A stretch of 63,363 bases of DNA, filler included, from Peribolospora baueri (Eukaryota), in the NCBI GenBank assembly GCA_029717555.1. It is 17 parts of 17 records of this genome, joined end to end, with 100 filler letters (N's around TTAATTAATTAA, not from the genome) between each part and the next. Parts side by side here need not be neighbours in the genome. Positions count along the whole stretch, not along the records: positions 1 to 5,272 come from JAMDHS010000201.1; positions 5,373 to 10,515 come from JAMDHS010000202.1; positions 10,616 to 15,633 come from JAMDHS010000203.1; 14 more parts are not named here. One strand, written 5' to 3'. Below, one piece after another: positions 1 to 11,659 of this stretch. A model generated the notes under the pieces. The model ran no database searches. It had not been told where the DNA came from and saw only the letters and a program-made list of their open reading frames with translations. The position numbers and the translations under genes are program-made. Each line of letters starts with the position of its first letter. Within the stretch, counting starts at the first letter, position 1.

Positions 1-633
1 GAATCGACCTCGGGATCTCCCGATACCGGAACCTTCCGAACTGGCGATTGTCCAAGGTATAACCCGCGCCTTCCTATAGTTTTCTTCAGCCATCCGTCCT
101 AGCTTCTAGCTCCCTCCCTGCTGCCTGGAATTCAGCCATGGCTGGCCATCTTTCCTGGGGTAGGTCCCGCGCGGCCTAGACCTCTCTCCCGTCCAACCTT
201 GAGCCCCGACAGGTCGGCCGATGCGCGATGCATCCGTCTCCTCGTCTTAGCGCTCGAGCGCGATGACGGCTCGAACGCGACCAAATCCTGGTCGAGCTTA
301 CAGCGGTCCGAGAGGAGCCCTCCTCTGTGCTTTGCGACCTGTCTCACTTGGCCCTCGCCTTAGGGTTAGGGTTTTTGTTGTCAACTGGGGGTGGCTATGA
401 AGTTGCTGTGAACAAAAACGAAGCCTCAAGAGAAGAAAGAGCAAGCTGCGACAGAAGGCTTTTGCTGTCGCCCGAGGGCTCGTCAGGCAGCAACGATCAG
501 CTCTCTCCCTTGTGGTGATCGCGAAAATTTCCACCGTGGGAATTCCGGGTCACGTCTTGATAGGCGTGGGCGCCATGTCACTGATTGATCATGTGACAAA
601 CCTGTGGTGAGTCCCGTGGCTAGTTCATTAGGA
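1..633. repeat. Segmental duplication, near-identical to 17176..17797 (3' flank of the WD40 gene)
   Basis: GAATCGACCTCGGGATCTCCCG... at 1 recurs at 17176. Similarity runs to ...CTAGTTCATTAGGA (633/17797). Both copies carry TTAGGGTTAGGG (360, 17521). Confidence 0.95.
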
Positions 634-859
634 ATAGGGTCATAATCCAACTGCACTCGTTTAACGCGACTCCCCTGGATAGATCTCTTGTTTGACGCGT
701 TGAAGAAGTCACCGAGGCTACGCGTCTTCCTTTTACAGTTGATGATCCGAGTGCCCCGAGGGACGAACCCGAGATCAACCCATTGGGAGAGGTAAAGGTC
801 CCAGACGGGACGCAAATCGACTCCATCCCAGATGGGATTGTAAAAGGATTTGAACACGA

Positions 860-2635
860 GTCGTGGTGGCGGTTTCTTAGCGTCGCTCGTCTCTCTTTCA
901 GCCGGGTGTGCGTCTGAAAGGGCTCGCTCGCGGAGAGACCTCGAGCCCGTCTCATCCTGGCTGATCCTTACCCATCCTCCAGAGTCGCGCTCCACAAGCG
1001 TCTCGCCGAACCACGTCTTGCTGGAGCCGGGCAGGCAGACGAGCATGATCGAGCCAAGCCAGCCCAATACCGTCGGCGTGGGACGAATGGGAACTTCCCC
1101 GCTTCTTCCGCTGGATCGTCCCCTTGCGCCTAGCAGGCATGTCGACCCCTCGCAACGCCACCGATATCGTCCAACTTTACTCCAGACTGGGAATTACGCA
1201 CGTCGTCACCCTCGCAGAGGAATCGCCTCTTCCTCCGTCTTGGTTCGAGAGCAAGGAGGTGAAAGGAATTGTGAGGCATACTTTTCTGAGCGTGGCCAAC
1301 TGTGGGCCGCCAGAGACGGGGCAGGTGGAAAAGTTTTTGGAGGTCGTGAGAGACGAGATGAGCAGGTACGGAGCGGTGTTGGTTCATTGTGGTGCCGGAA
1401 AAGGTGAGTGAGGAGAAAAATAGAAAATCGAGGCTGGTCGTCGTTCGAAAAAAAAAGCCCGACGCTATTAATCGACTCATGCTTCTCCTGCCGCGGGTTC
1501 CACTCTGGAAGGCCGAGCAGGGACCTTCTTGGCGTGCTACATCGCCCTCTTCGGCTTCGAGCTGCCACCTCCCAACCTCCCATCCTCCTTTCCTCGCGCT
1601 CTTCCCCCACCTCAAATGGATGCCCACTCGGCCATCGCCGCCCTACGCGAGATCCGCCCGGGAAGTGTGGAGACTCGAGCGCAGGAAGAGTTTGTGGAGA
1701 CGTTCGTGAAGCGCACTTGGAAGAAGCACAGTCAAGCGAAGTCCAAAGACGTGGGGAGGAGATGTCGTAATCGAATACGCGACGGAAGAGAGCGCTCTCG
1801 CTCTTTGAGGTCTCGGCTATATTCTGCATAACAGAAGAGCACCAGGGTTGCAGCAGGGAACGAACACCAGTGGCCAAGGTCGTAGGATCAAGGTCTTGGA
1901 GGAAAGGCAGGCTCGACTGAGAATGGTAGAGATCGGAGTCTGTAACTGCCGCTCTGAAAAGTGATACCAAATTGACCTGCCCCGCCTCCTCCTTCGTCGC
2001 GAGCAAACCCCATTCAGTGTAGCGAGGACAAGAACAGAGTTTGCTCATCGCGTGGTCGAATACTTTGCGAGCCTTCTCCTCGGCCTTGTCCACCTTGCTT
2101 ATCTGCTGATCATGCTTGTATGCAGAGCCTTCTTCTTCGAGCTCCAACACCTTGTACCAGATCTCAGCATTGCCAGCTTCCACTTTCCTTCCCTATTCGC
2201 CCAATCGGCCAACCTAGCCCAGCCCCTGGAATCACCGGCATGACGAGAGACGATAATGAGAGCAGCGTGTAAGGCGTGTGTAAGGTTTTGACGGGAGAGA
2301 AAGTGCAGAAAGAGATCGTCGAGATGGAAAACAAGGGAGACTAAACTCTTGCATGAGCCGGCCGTGGATTCAAGGCTGGCTCGCGGAGAAACCTGAGTGA
2401 TGGAACAGACGCCCTTCTCGACGTTATGCGTTCTGCACCAAGGACGAGCTGCGCAGCTTGTCGGAAAAGACCAAACAGGTGGTGGAGAGGTTGCTCGTTG
2501 CGGGAGCAGGAGATCATGGATCGTCAAAGTCAAAACAAGGTTTTTCCATTGACCTAGGCCGGATTATTCCGCTTGGTCTCGGCCAAGCGAAGGCCTCCGA
2601 CTCCGGCAAGGAAAAGACGACATCCTCGTTCTCCT
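860..2635. pseudogene. Scrambled pseudogene of the fungal 'Swiss-army-knife' RNA-repair protein (2H phosphoesterase / TPR-like / DSP phosphatase / P-loop kinase fragments)
   Basis: ~860-1065(-): decayed P-loop LVCLPGSSKTWF...RISQDE. ~1075-1765(+): LPRFFRWIVPLRLAGMSTPR...VLVHCGAGKG/RAGT, with an intron. ~1770-2428(-) and 2429-2635(+) match the ORF at 26776-27660, with a 2-nt insertion near 2161. Confidence 0.8.
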
Positions 2636-3047
2636 TTGCCGGCCACAGCAAAAACTTGGTGAGCGACACAGCTGCCCTGCTCCGCAGCCAAGGTTGGACT
2701 ATGTAAGCGGGACTTGGGGCGTGTCTGGCTACCGAAGTTGAGATGGGAAACCGAAAAGTGTCTATTGTGCATTTCTATTACTGTCTTCCTGTTGCTCCCT
2801 TCAGTGTCGCCGATCAGCGCGTTCTTTGCTCGGCCTGAGGATACGAAAGGTCGCCGCCGCTCTGTGAAAGTACTTCGTGCGCGCTCTCATCAAAACCACT
2901 GCCCGCTTTTTCTAGCTGACCTTTCATTGGCAAGGTACGACTCGGAGTGGTCGCTCCCGTCATCATCGGAGGGTCGGATGGCCATCCTGCCGCCGTCCTT
3001 GCAAGCGCTGCAGTTCGATCCTCGGAAGTCAGCTCGTACACGTCAAA
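2636..3047. repeat. Inverted copy of 23961..24369
   Basis: GCCGGCCACAGCAAA...CGTACACGTCAAA is the reverse complement of the left end of the contig starting at 23961. Confidence 0.9.
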
Positions 3048-3134
3048 TGCATCGGCCATTGCACCGTCATTGTGGCTCAGGAAGAGTTGCCAAGCTTCTA
3101 TGTAGTGCGGTGAACCAGGAAGGGACACGTATTA

Positions 3135-4089
3135 TTAATCCATATCGCACTCCACCTCTTCCCCCTCCTCGTCCAACTCGCCCCACGGAGGAACGAAATC
3201 TGCAAGCTTGTCATCCGGCACGCGACTTGCCCGTTGTTCTGTCGAGTACAGTCCAGATCTCACCGCTTTCAGACGACACAGCGCTGTAACCGCCGCCAAG
3301 ACAGGAGATACAAGTCAGCCTCGCGCCAACTCCGAACACGGAACCCCTCTTCATTCCATGCTCACGATAGAACTTCGGCTCCATCTTCGCATCCGTCCCC
3401 ACATGCCAGCTCCCCACTGAGCAGCCCCAGTGCCACCCTTGCTCCGCCCCAGCACTCAATCCCACTCCTGGACCAATTGGTACTTCGAACTTGACCGCCG
3501 CCGTCGTTTCACGACCCTTCTCACCCCCGAGGATAAGCGCAAATGCCGCGCAAGCGTACCGTTCCGTCACCAGCACCTTGTCTTTCACTCTCGCGTCCTC
3601 CACCAGTCCTCGAAGTTTCCTTTCCTGTTCGATCGCCGTCAATCGAGGTTCCACCATGACCAGTACCGCGCTCTTTTTCTTGTCGAACTTGAAATCCAGC
3701 GCCACTTTAGCACTTGCCACCGCGGGTATGCCCCTATGAAGATTCCACAGAAATCAGCCAGCACAGCACGCCGACAGAACGTATTAGAAGTGTTTTTCGT
3801 TGCTCCAATGGCCACCCAAGCTCACGCTTCGATGCCCAGGTCTGTCCTACCACCCTTGACCCTTGCCATGCTCGCGAGGACGCTCGATCCCATGCTCGTC
3901 CGCGATGCCCTCTTCGTAGATGTTGCCGTGCTTCAGGAACCGTCCAGTTTCCCGTTCCACCACGCCGTAGTCGCCCACCTCGATCTGTCTCCAAGGCTCG
4001 AAGCTTGCCAGCATGGCGTAGATTCGAAACAACAGGTCAGCGTACTTGCGACCCTCGGTGGGTTTGTCGAACAGCTTAGAGAGCATCAT
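3135..4089 (-). CDS. Putative fungal gasdermin-like pore-forming protein (3 exons; exon 1/2 junction ambiguous, possibly frameshifted)
   Basis: N-terminus KYADLL..FEPWRQIEVGDYGVVERETGRFLKHGNIY. Middle AKVALDFKFDKKKSAVLVM...VLVTERYAC. A GT-AG intron at 3365-3284 joins FY/PLCRLKAV to a short acidic tail PPWGELDEEGEEVECDMD*. The first intron is either 3850-3734 (in frame) or uses a downstream GTGAGC donor that needs a frameshift. Family call is from recalled motif resemblance only. Confidence 0.6.
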
Positions 4090-4609
4090 TGTCGTCGGAT
4101 GTGCTGGAGGGTTAGTTGATAGGGAGATGGAAGTGGGAGGTGGCCGTCTGTGGCGCTCAAATACTCGGAACAGTACTGCCGCCGCCCGGCTGTGCTTTCC
4201 ACCGGCACCGCCTCGTGGCAGGTTGGCGCAGGCCGTCTAGAGGTTTTATGCGCACGACGGCTCAGTGCGTTCGGACCAACGCCGAGCTCGTCTCATGAGC
4301 TTCACCTTGAAATGCGGAGCGGAGCTGCCTCATTAACCACTGGAACAGCCAAATAATCGAAAAGGAGTTAATGGACCCCACCTAACACAGTAAAACTGTC
4401 CACTTGATCCTGTTCAAGCTCTTGGCAAAGGTAAGTACTTTTCTGAGGTCAGTTAAGGTGCTTCACTTGCCTCTAGTCGATTCCAAATATACTCTATACC
4501 GGACCTAGAACAGTACAATATCAAACTACAGGAAAGCCGTATAGGGTCGTCCCGTCTAGCTGAAGGTTATTCGTACCTGCACGGATAATTCAAATTCACT
4601 AAGATAGGT

Positions 4610-5272
4610 GTGGAGACAGCGGAAGCATCGTTACTTCACTCATGCGGGGCCACAGTTCATGGTCACCTTATAAAATCGAGGACCGACCCGATCCAACCTG
4701 CTCAAAAGTCCTCGCATTTCTCTCCGAGCACACTTCCAGGGCCTCAAATACAAGGTTGGCACCCCTGCGTAAACCGCTTCGAGCGCCTCGGAGACATGGA
4801 CTACCTCGACACTTCCATCTCGAATCTAAAGCAAGCGTTAGATCTCACTCCCCATGGACATTCTGACCGGCCTGGGTACCTCAGCAACCTGGGCATTTCG
4901 CTGCGAATGCGCTTCGAGCGCCTCGGGGGCATTTGGCTGCAAACGCGCTTCGAGCGCCTCGGGGACATGGACGACCTCGACGCTTCCATCTCGAATCTAA
5001 AGCAAGCTGTAGACCTGACTCCCCATGGACATTCCGACCGGCCTGGGCGCCTCAGCAACCTCGGCATTTCGCTGCAAACGCGCTTCGAGTGCCTCGGGGA
5101 CATGGACGACCTCGACGCTTCCATCTCGCATCTAAAGCAAGCGGTAGACCTCACTCCCCATGGATATTCTCACCGGCCTGGGCGCCTCAGCGACCTCGGC
5201 AATTCGCTGCAAACGCGCTTCGAGCGCCTCGGGGACATGGACGACCTCGACGCTTCCATCTCGAATCTAAAG
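4610..5272 (+). CDS. TPR-repeat N-terminal part of a TPR-CHAT protease gene (runs off contig end; true start uncertain)
   Basis: 45-aa units MDDLDASISNLKQAVDLTPHGHSDRPGRLSNLGISLQTRFERLGD. Same repeats and 5' flank as the complete TPR-CHAT gene at 54709-57071. Confidence 0.85.
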
Positions 5273-5372
5273 NNNNNNNNNNNNNNNNNNNNNNNNNNNN
5301 NNNNNNNNNNNNNNNNTTAATTAATTAANNNNNNNNNNNNNNNNNNNNNNNNNNNNNNNNNNNNNNNNNNNN
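5273..5372. other. Artificial contig linker (first of 16)
   Basis: N44-TTAATTAATTAA-N44 (stops in all frames). Further linkers start at 10516, 15634, 19970, 23861, 27661, 31291, 34883, 38371, 41748, 44975, 48156, 51320, 54395, 57434 and 60416. Contig lengths decrease monotonically. Confidence 0.99.
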
Positions 5373-7228
5373 ATGATGTACTTGCGAGAGGCCTCGAGGC
5401 GGTTGAAGAAGCCTCCGACCTGGTTCGCGCTCATGAACACCTGCGTGAGCTCCTCGTTGTACTTGAAGTCGACGCGCCAGAAGGAGTAGCCTTCTGCTCG
5501 TCGGAGAGAGAATGGATGGAAGGAGTACTCCGGTTGGTAAGGTGTCCCCACTCGGTTTCGCAATCTCCAAACATTCTAGAAAAAAAGGTTCCACCTCTAC
5601 TTACCGGCATCCCAGTGCTCCCAGAGCCAAGGCAGAGCCTCGGAGCGGGTGTCCTTGTTGGAGTAAACGCGCTTCCACTCGTCGAGGACCAGTGGGGACT
5701 TGGGCAGCGAGTCGAGCGGGTTCTTAGCCTTGGGCTCAGCGGGAACGGCGGGCTCGTCCTTCTCATCCTCCTCCTGAACCTCCTCCTTGGGGGCTACACC
5801 AAAGTAATCAATAAAGACAGGCCAGGTGCAGCAAGGCGAAGCAAGGGAGGTCCGACGCGTGCGACGTTCAGAATACGCACACAAGGCACGGAATAAGCAG
5901 AGGAGAAGCGGCTGGCACTCACCGACATACTTGAGAAATTCCTCCTTGTAGTTGAACTTGCCCCAGACGTCGAGAACGGTAGGCTGGTTGACGACGGTCT
6001 CGAAGAAGCGGACAACGTTCGGGACCTTCGCGCGCTGCTCCTTGCCAAGGAAGTTGACGAAGCAATTGTAGAGGCTGGCGGCAGTGATGAGGTCAGCAAG
6101 GGTGATATGGTGGCCAACGAGGAAAGTGTTCTTCTTCAGGTGGGCGTCGAGCACGGAGAGCGCCTCCTCGAGCCCGGAGACCAAAAACTGCTCCAGCCCC
6201 TCGTTGTAGGGGTGCATGTGGAGAACGAGCATGACACGGAGACGGACAAAGCGGCCGGCGATCTCGTCGTGGGAGAAGCTGATCCATTGCTCGATCTTGG
6301 CACTGGTCTTCGGGTCAGCGCCGAGGAGCTTGGCCGCGTTCTGCTGGTTCAAGCTGGCGACTACGAGCGAGTCAACAAAAAGTAACCGTATGAATCAGCG
6401 GAAACGGACAGAAGTTGGTGCTCAGTCGATGAAGGTGGAAGGTGAGATCAGGGACTAGGAATGAAATCTCGACATGGCAGATTAAGCCAGGGATAACTGA
6501 AAAAATATATCTCATCACAGAGAGCGCACACGGAGACGGCGAAGAGAACCGGTCCTCGTGATGCAGGCTCAAAGAGGAAGGGCTCGACAGATAGTTTTCC
6601 CACTTACGGTAGCGAGCGATAGCGACGCCCTCCGTAAGAATGAAGCCGTCGGGGCCCTCAAAAGCAGGGAACCTGCCCTGAGAATGAGAGAACGCGAACA
6701 AATTAGAAGCGTTCAATTTTGTCCGCGCACGAGTTAATCCAGTAGAGGCGATCCGCAAGAGAGAGGCGCATGCACTTACGAAAGGGAACTTGGCGAGGAA
6801 GGCCTCGCTCTATGAAGGCGAAGAAAAGAAGCAAATGGGAAGATGAGAAAAGGCATCGGCCCAATTTACTTGCTCCGAATGAGGAGGTATGAGAGGAAAA
6901 CTCACCTTATGTTCCCTCTTCTCACTGTTAATGACCTGCTCCTCGAGCTCGAGGCCATTGTACTTGGCCACGGCGAATGCCTACGAGGGGGGAGACGAGG
7001 TGGCATCATCAAGGTCAGTCATCGGCTCTTTGTCCCGTCCGACGAGACAAAAACGCGAATGGAGTAGGAATGGATGCTTGCCCCTTCGACTGAGAGTGTT
7101 TACCGTCGCCCTTGGTGGCTACGTGGCAGTCTCGGCTCGAGGTACGGATGGAACCCAAGGAGTATACTCACCGGGGCGGTGTTCCAGTGCTGCTTGATCG
7201 GGAAGTAGATCTTTCCAACGGGAGCCAT
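5373..7228 (-). CDS. TEF4: Translation elongation factor 1B gamma, multi-exon, 3' truncated
   Basis: GST-like N-domain (FPAFEGPDGFILTEGVAIARY; FLVGHHITLADL; PNVVRFFETVVNQP) and EF1G C-domain (LDEWKRVYSNKDTR..ALPWLWEHWD; EGYSFWRVDFKYNEELTQVFMSANQVGGFFNRLEASRKY). Confidence 0.93.
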
Positions 7229-7346
7229 GGTGTGCTCTGTCGTAAGTTTGGAGACGAGGAAGGGAGAGGAGGGGTATGAATGCGGAAGGGGTGGTGGTCG
7301 TGGTGAGACGGGGGAAAGAAGAAAAAACGTTTTCGCGAAGGATGAA

Positions 7347-7377
7347 GGAGTGGAGTGGAGTGGAGTGGAGTGGAGTG
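7347..7377. repeat. (GGAGT)6 microsatellite upstream of eEF1B-gamma
   Basis: Tandem GGAGT seen directly. Confidence 0.9.
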
Positions 7378-8146
7378 TAGTGTACACGCATGTAAAAAAA
7401 TTCCTTCTAAATCCGGGAGAAGCCGACGGCGTCGAGTAGAGCGCGCACGAGCGTCGCTGGCGAACACGCACAGGGCCGCTATCCATTGCACGACCGTCTG
7501 TCCTGTTTCTCTTGGCTTGGCCGGTGACGACGACGGCGATGAAAGACGCGGGGACAGGTGTTGGAGAGAGACTGGGCAAGCAACGTCGCTCGCTCACTTG
7601 GTGTTTTTCATGGCGTTGTTTCCTTGCAGCACTTTTTGACGGCCCTGATGAGACACATCGTGCCGTCTGGTGGTGCCGAGCACGACGACTCGGCGCTTCT
7701 GGCTCAGGCGATGACAACTCCCACTGCGTGTTGTCGGATAGACGTCTGGACGGTGCGGCTGCTGACTCTTCTCAGCTCGGTGTTGCCTTTGGACGCAGCA
7801 ATTCACATCTCTAACGCGTTCGGACAGCCCTCGCTCGCACCCCCTTTCTCTCTTCAACCCCAGAATGTCTTAGAGACATGCTCTTTATCTTCTCTTTCTC
7901 CCACAGTTCAACACGCAATTATCGACTGAAACCGAAGAATGCTTGCCGCTGAGGGTCGTCCGCTGTAGGTGTACGAAGCCAGTTCGCTCGCGTTGGCCAA
8001 ACACAGAAAGCAGACCGGACCCTGGCCTCTCCCTTTACCGCCTCCTGCTGTCCTGCTTTTCCCTCGTTTGCTTTCCCTCTCCGCCCCACGTTTCTTACCT
8101 CGACCAAATCCATTTTTTTTCTTTTCAATCTTTCCGTATCGTCATC

Positions 8147-8323
8147 ATGAGGGCCGTTACCATTCTTATCACCCTTGCCATCAATTCACTAGGCTCCTTC
8201 GGCGCCTCCGCCGCTTCGATGCAGGCTCGCGGAGGACTCTGCGAGCGCGGCGGCGTGGAGTGTCCCCCCAAGTTCAAGGTAGTCCACGGGTACAAGGTCC
8301 ACCACAAGGAAATCCCGGTGCCG
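8147..8323 (+). CDS. First exon of a small secreted protein, apparently cut off by rDNA spacer sequence
   Basis: Signal-peptide-like MRAVTILITLAINSLGSFGASAA, propeptide-like MQAR, GTGAGT donor at 8324. No clear downstream exon. Confidence 0.45.
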
Positions 8324-8399
8324 GTGAGTGTTGGTGAGGCTGAAGCGTGCGTCGGAGTCCTGGGAAGTGGTTCCATGGCGTCGCCCAAATGGTACCCCA

Positions 8400-9250
8400 A
8401 TGAGTGGCGCGTTTCATATAACGCAAGAACGCCAATCCGATCACAATGCAGGAATCGGACGCGTGTCGACGACGATCTGAAACGCGTAAAACGCGCGTTT
8501 CACCCCCCTTTCCACCCTTAAGAAGAGGCGAGGGGCCAGCTCAGTGCTGCATCTCGACTCTTCCCAACCCATGTTGAAAGGGCTAGCGAAGTGGGTATGA
8601 AGAGCGCGCAAGCGACTCTTCCTCACGAGTTAGCGGTGCCCTAGTAAGCATTGCTGAAACCCCAATGACTAGCGGGTCGAGGATAGCGTCTTGTAGCTCC
8701 CTGTGTATTAAACAGGTGTGTGCTCGGCGTTACAATCTGCCCGGCTAAGCATTTGACTGAGGGACTTGTGAAGGTGTCAAAGCCTGAAAAGTCCCTAGTC
8801 GCTTGACTACTCTGCCTGCATCGCTCGTTTGTGTAGCGTTTTGCCAGGGGATGTCAGAAATTGTGGATGTAATTGCCGATGGCCAAACCAAAAGCAATAG
8901 CTTCCAAACACTCGAGGATCCGCAATGTTCAGGTGGCCCATGAGGCCTGCCGTCCATTGTAGTCCTCCTCTAGGAGCATGATCTCAGTCTCTTGGGCGCG
9001 CATCTATGCGACCCTTGCCAGACTGGGAGATTGTATCCAGAACTTGCGAGACCGGGGGATAAGGCGTGAGCTGGTCCTGCCCCATTTGCGATAACAGGTT
9101 CTTGTGACCTCGAAGCGTTGGCGGACGGACACTCACTGACGAAATAACAGATCAAATCGATCCGTGTGACATACTCCGTGTCGATGTGGAGGACCTTTAT
9201 TGGTCTTGCCCATCGGCTATGGGCGTCCCAGTGGCGCTCGAAAGGATAGT
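8400..9250 (+). other. Probable rDNA IGS/5' external transcribed spacer (left boundary approximate)
   Basis: Non-coding sequence immediately 5' of the 18S start (…GATAGT|TACCTGG). Confidence 0.55.
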
Positions 9251-10184
9251 TACCTGGTTGATTCTGCCAGTAGTCATATGCTTGTCTCAAAGATTAAGCC
9301 ATGCATGTCTAAGTATAAACAACTTTGTACTGTGAAACTGCGAATGGCTCATTAAATCAGTTATAGTTTATTTGATGGTACCTTGCTACATGGATAACTG
9401 TGGTAATTCTAGAGCTAATACATGCTTAAAAGCCCCGACTTCTGGAAGGGGTGTATTTATTAGATAAAAGCCAACCCCTTCGGGGTCCCTTGGTGATTCA
9501 TAATAACTTCTCGAATCGCATGGCCTTGCGCCGGCGATGCTTCATTCAAATATCTGCCCTATCAACTTTCGATGGTAGGATAGAGGCCTACCATGGTTTC
9601 AACGGGTAACGGGGAATAAGGGTTCGATTCCGGAGAGGGAGCCTGAGAAACGGCTACCACATCCAAGGAAGGCAGCAGGCGCGCAAATTACCCAATCCCG
9701 ACACGGGGAGGTAGTGACAATAAATAACAATATAGCGGCTCTATCGAGTCCTATAATTGGAATGAGTACAATTTAAATCCCTTAACGAGGAACGATTGGA
9801 GGGCAAGTCTGGTGCCAGCAGCCGCGGTAATTCCAGCTCCAATAGCGTATATTAAAGTTGTTGCAGTTAAAAAGCTCGTAGTTGAACTTCAGGCCTGGCC
9901 GGCCGGTCCGCTTCACAGCGTGTACTGGTTGGCCGGGTCTTCCTTCTTGGTGAACCCGTATGCCCTTCACTGGGTGTGCGGGCGAACCAGGACTTTTACT
10001 TTGAAAAAATTAGAGTGTTCAAAGCAGGCCTATGCCCGAATATATTAGCATGGAATAATAAAATAGGACGTGCGGTTCTATTTTGTTGGTTTCTGGAATC
10101 GCCGTAATGATTAATAGGGATAGTCGGGGGCATTAGTATTCAATTGCTAGAGGTGAAATTCTTGGATTTATTGAAGACTAACTT

Positions 10185-10229
<45 letters not shown>

Positions 10230-10357
10230 GGTTAGGGGATCGAAAACGATCAGATACCGTTGTAGTCTTAACAGTAAACTATGCCGACTAGGGATCGGGC
10301 GATGTTATTTTCTTGACTCGCTCGGCACCTTACGAGAAATCAAAGTCTTTGGGTTCT

Positions 10358-10391
<34 letters not shown>

Positions 10392-10392
10392 A

Positions 10393-10426
<34 letters not shown>

Positions 10427-10458
10427 GCGGCTTAATTTGACTCAACACGGGGAAACTC

Positions 10459-10489
<31 letters not shown>

Positions 10490-10515
10490 TTGATAGCTCT
10501 TTCTTGATTCTATGG
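9251..10515 (+). rRNA. 18S rRNA, 3' truncated
   Basis: Starts TACCTGGTTGATTCTGCCAGTAGTCATATGCTTGTCTCAAAG. Contains GTGCCAGCAGCCGCGGTAATTCC and AAACTTAAAGAAATTGACGGAAGG. Confidence 0.99.
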
Positions 10516-11659
10516 NNNNNNNNNNNNNNNNNNNNNNNNNNNNNNNNNNNNNNNNNNNNTTAATTAATTAANNNNNNNNNNNNNNNNNNNNNNNNNNNNN
10601 NNNNNNNNNNNNNNNGCGCAGCTAGGCAGAATCTGGTCGACATCGACGCCTAGGGATTCTCCGAGTTCTTGAACGCATCCAGACCACCCGCATAGGCTAC
10701 GAGAAATCCGTCTTGTGCTTTTCTCAAACCCCTCTCCACCTTATTTCTTGGTTATTTAGTCTGCAGTGCCAAGCTAGAAGCCAAATATCGAGACAGAGGT
10801 CGACAGCTTCAACGCGCTAAAGCTTGGGCCTAGATGGCCGTGCGGCAAGCGGAAGAAAGAAGGCCGCGCCTCTACAGACGAGAAAAGCGATGTTTATGTC
10901 GCTCCTCTCGTTGCCATTGGTCCTACTTCTCAGTAGTTCGGCAACTTGGGAACAGGCTTTACACCTAAGCCCCGCACATCAGTGCGCTTGCACGTACGCC
11001 GCCAGACACCCGGAATCCCCATATCAGAGCTCTGTGTGACCGCTTCCGCGACTCCGTTGCCCATATCCGACTCCAAGAGGCCTTCACGGCCAAAGTTGCG
11101 CAGGATCGCCAGCGACAAAAAAAGGGGATGCGTTCGTGCAAAGCCAACACTACGTTATCAACGTCGATACGGCTGCCTCGGTGCAACTACGACGCCAACT
11201 GGCGCTCAGTTCCACGTCCTCTTCGACTTCTCCTGCGTAACCTCCTCGCGCTCGGTAGACACAGCTACTTCTCCTCCACGGAAGTCTGTCCCCGCGAACG
11301 CAAGGCTATCCCAAAGCGTAACGCTGCAGAAGAAGAAACTCAGGCGCCGTTCGGAAATACGAAATCGGAAGATTTCTGTAACACAACATTTGTATGGAAA
11401 CCTAACTCTACAACAGATGGATTTTGGACGGCTTGCGGTTGCGAACGCGCCCTTCTAACCCTAACCATAAGTCGTCTCACAAGTCACCCGGCTCTACCAG
11501 AAAAAAAAATTCACTCACTCCCCACTTCATCAGACGTTTCCACATTGCCAGCGCATTTGCGGTTAACGGACAGAAGAATGTTGAAACAACGAGAGCTGGG
11601 AGACGTGTTGATGCACTTTGGGACTTGGAATTGTTGCCATTGGTCCCTTTCTCAAGGGT

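Noticed and set aside
5317..5328. Recurrent TTAATTAATTAA as a biological motif
   Set aside because: Always centred in identical 100-nt N blocks, so it is a concatenation linker. Adjacency across linkers carries no information.
8970..10048. ORFs overlapping the 18S gene
   Set aside because: Spurious frames within rRNA.
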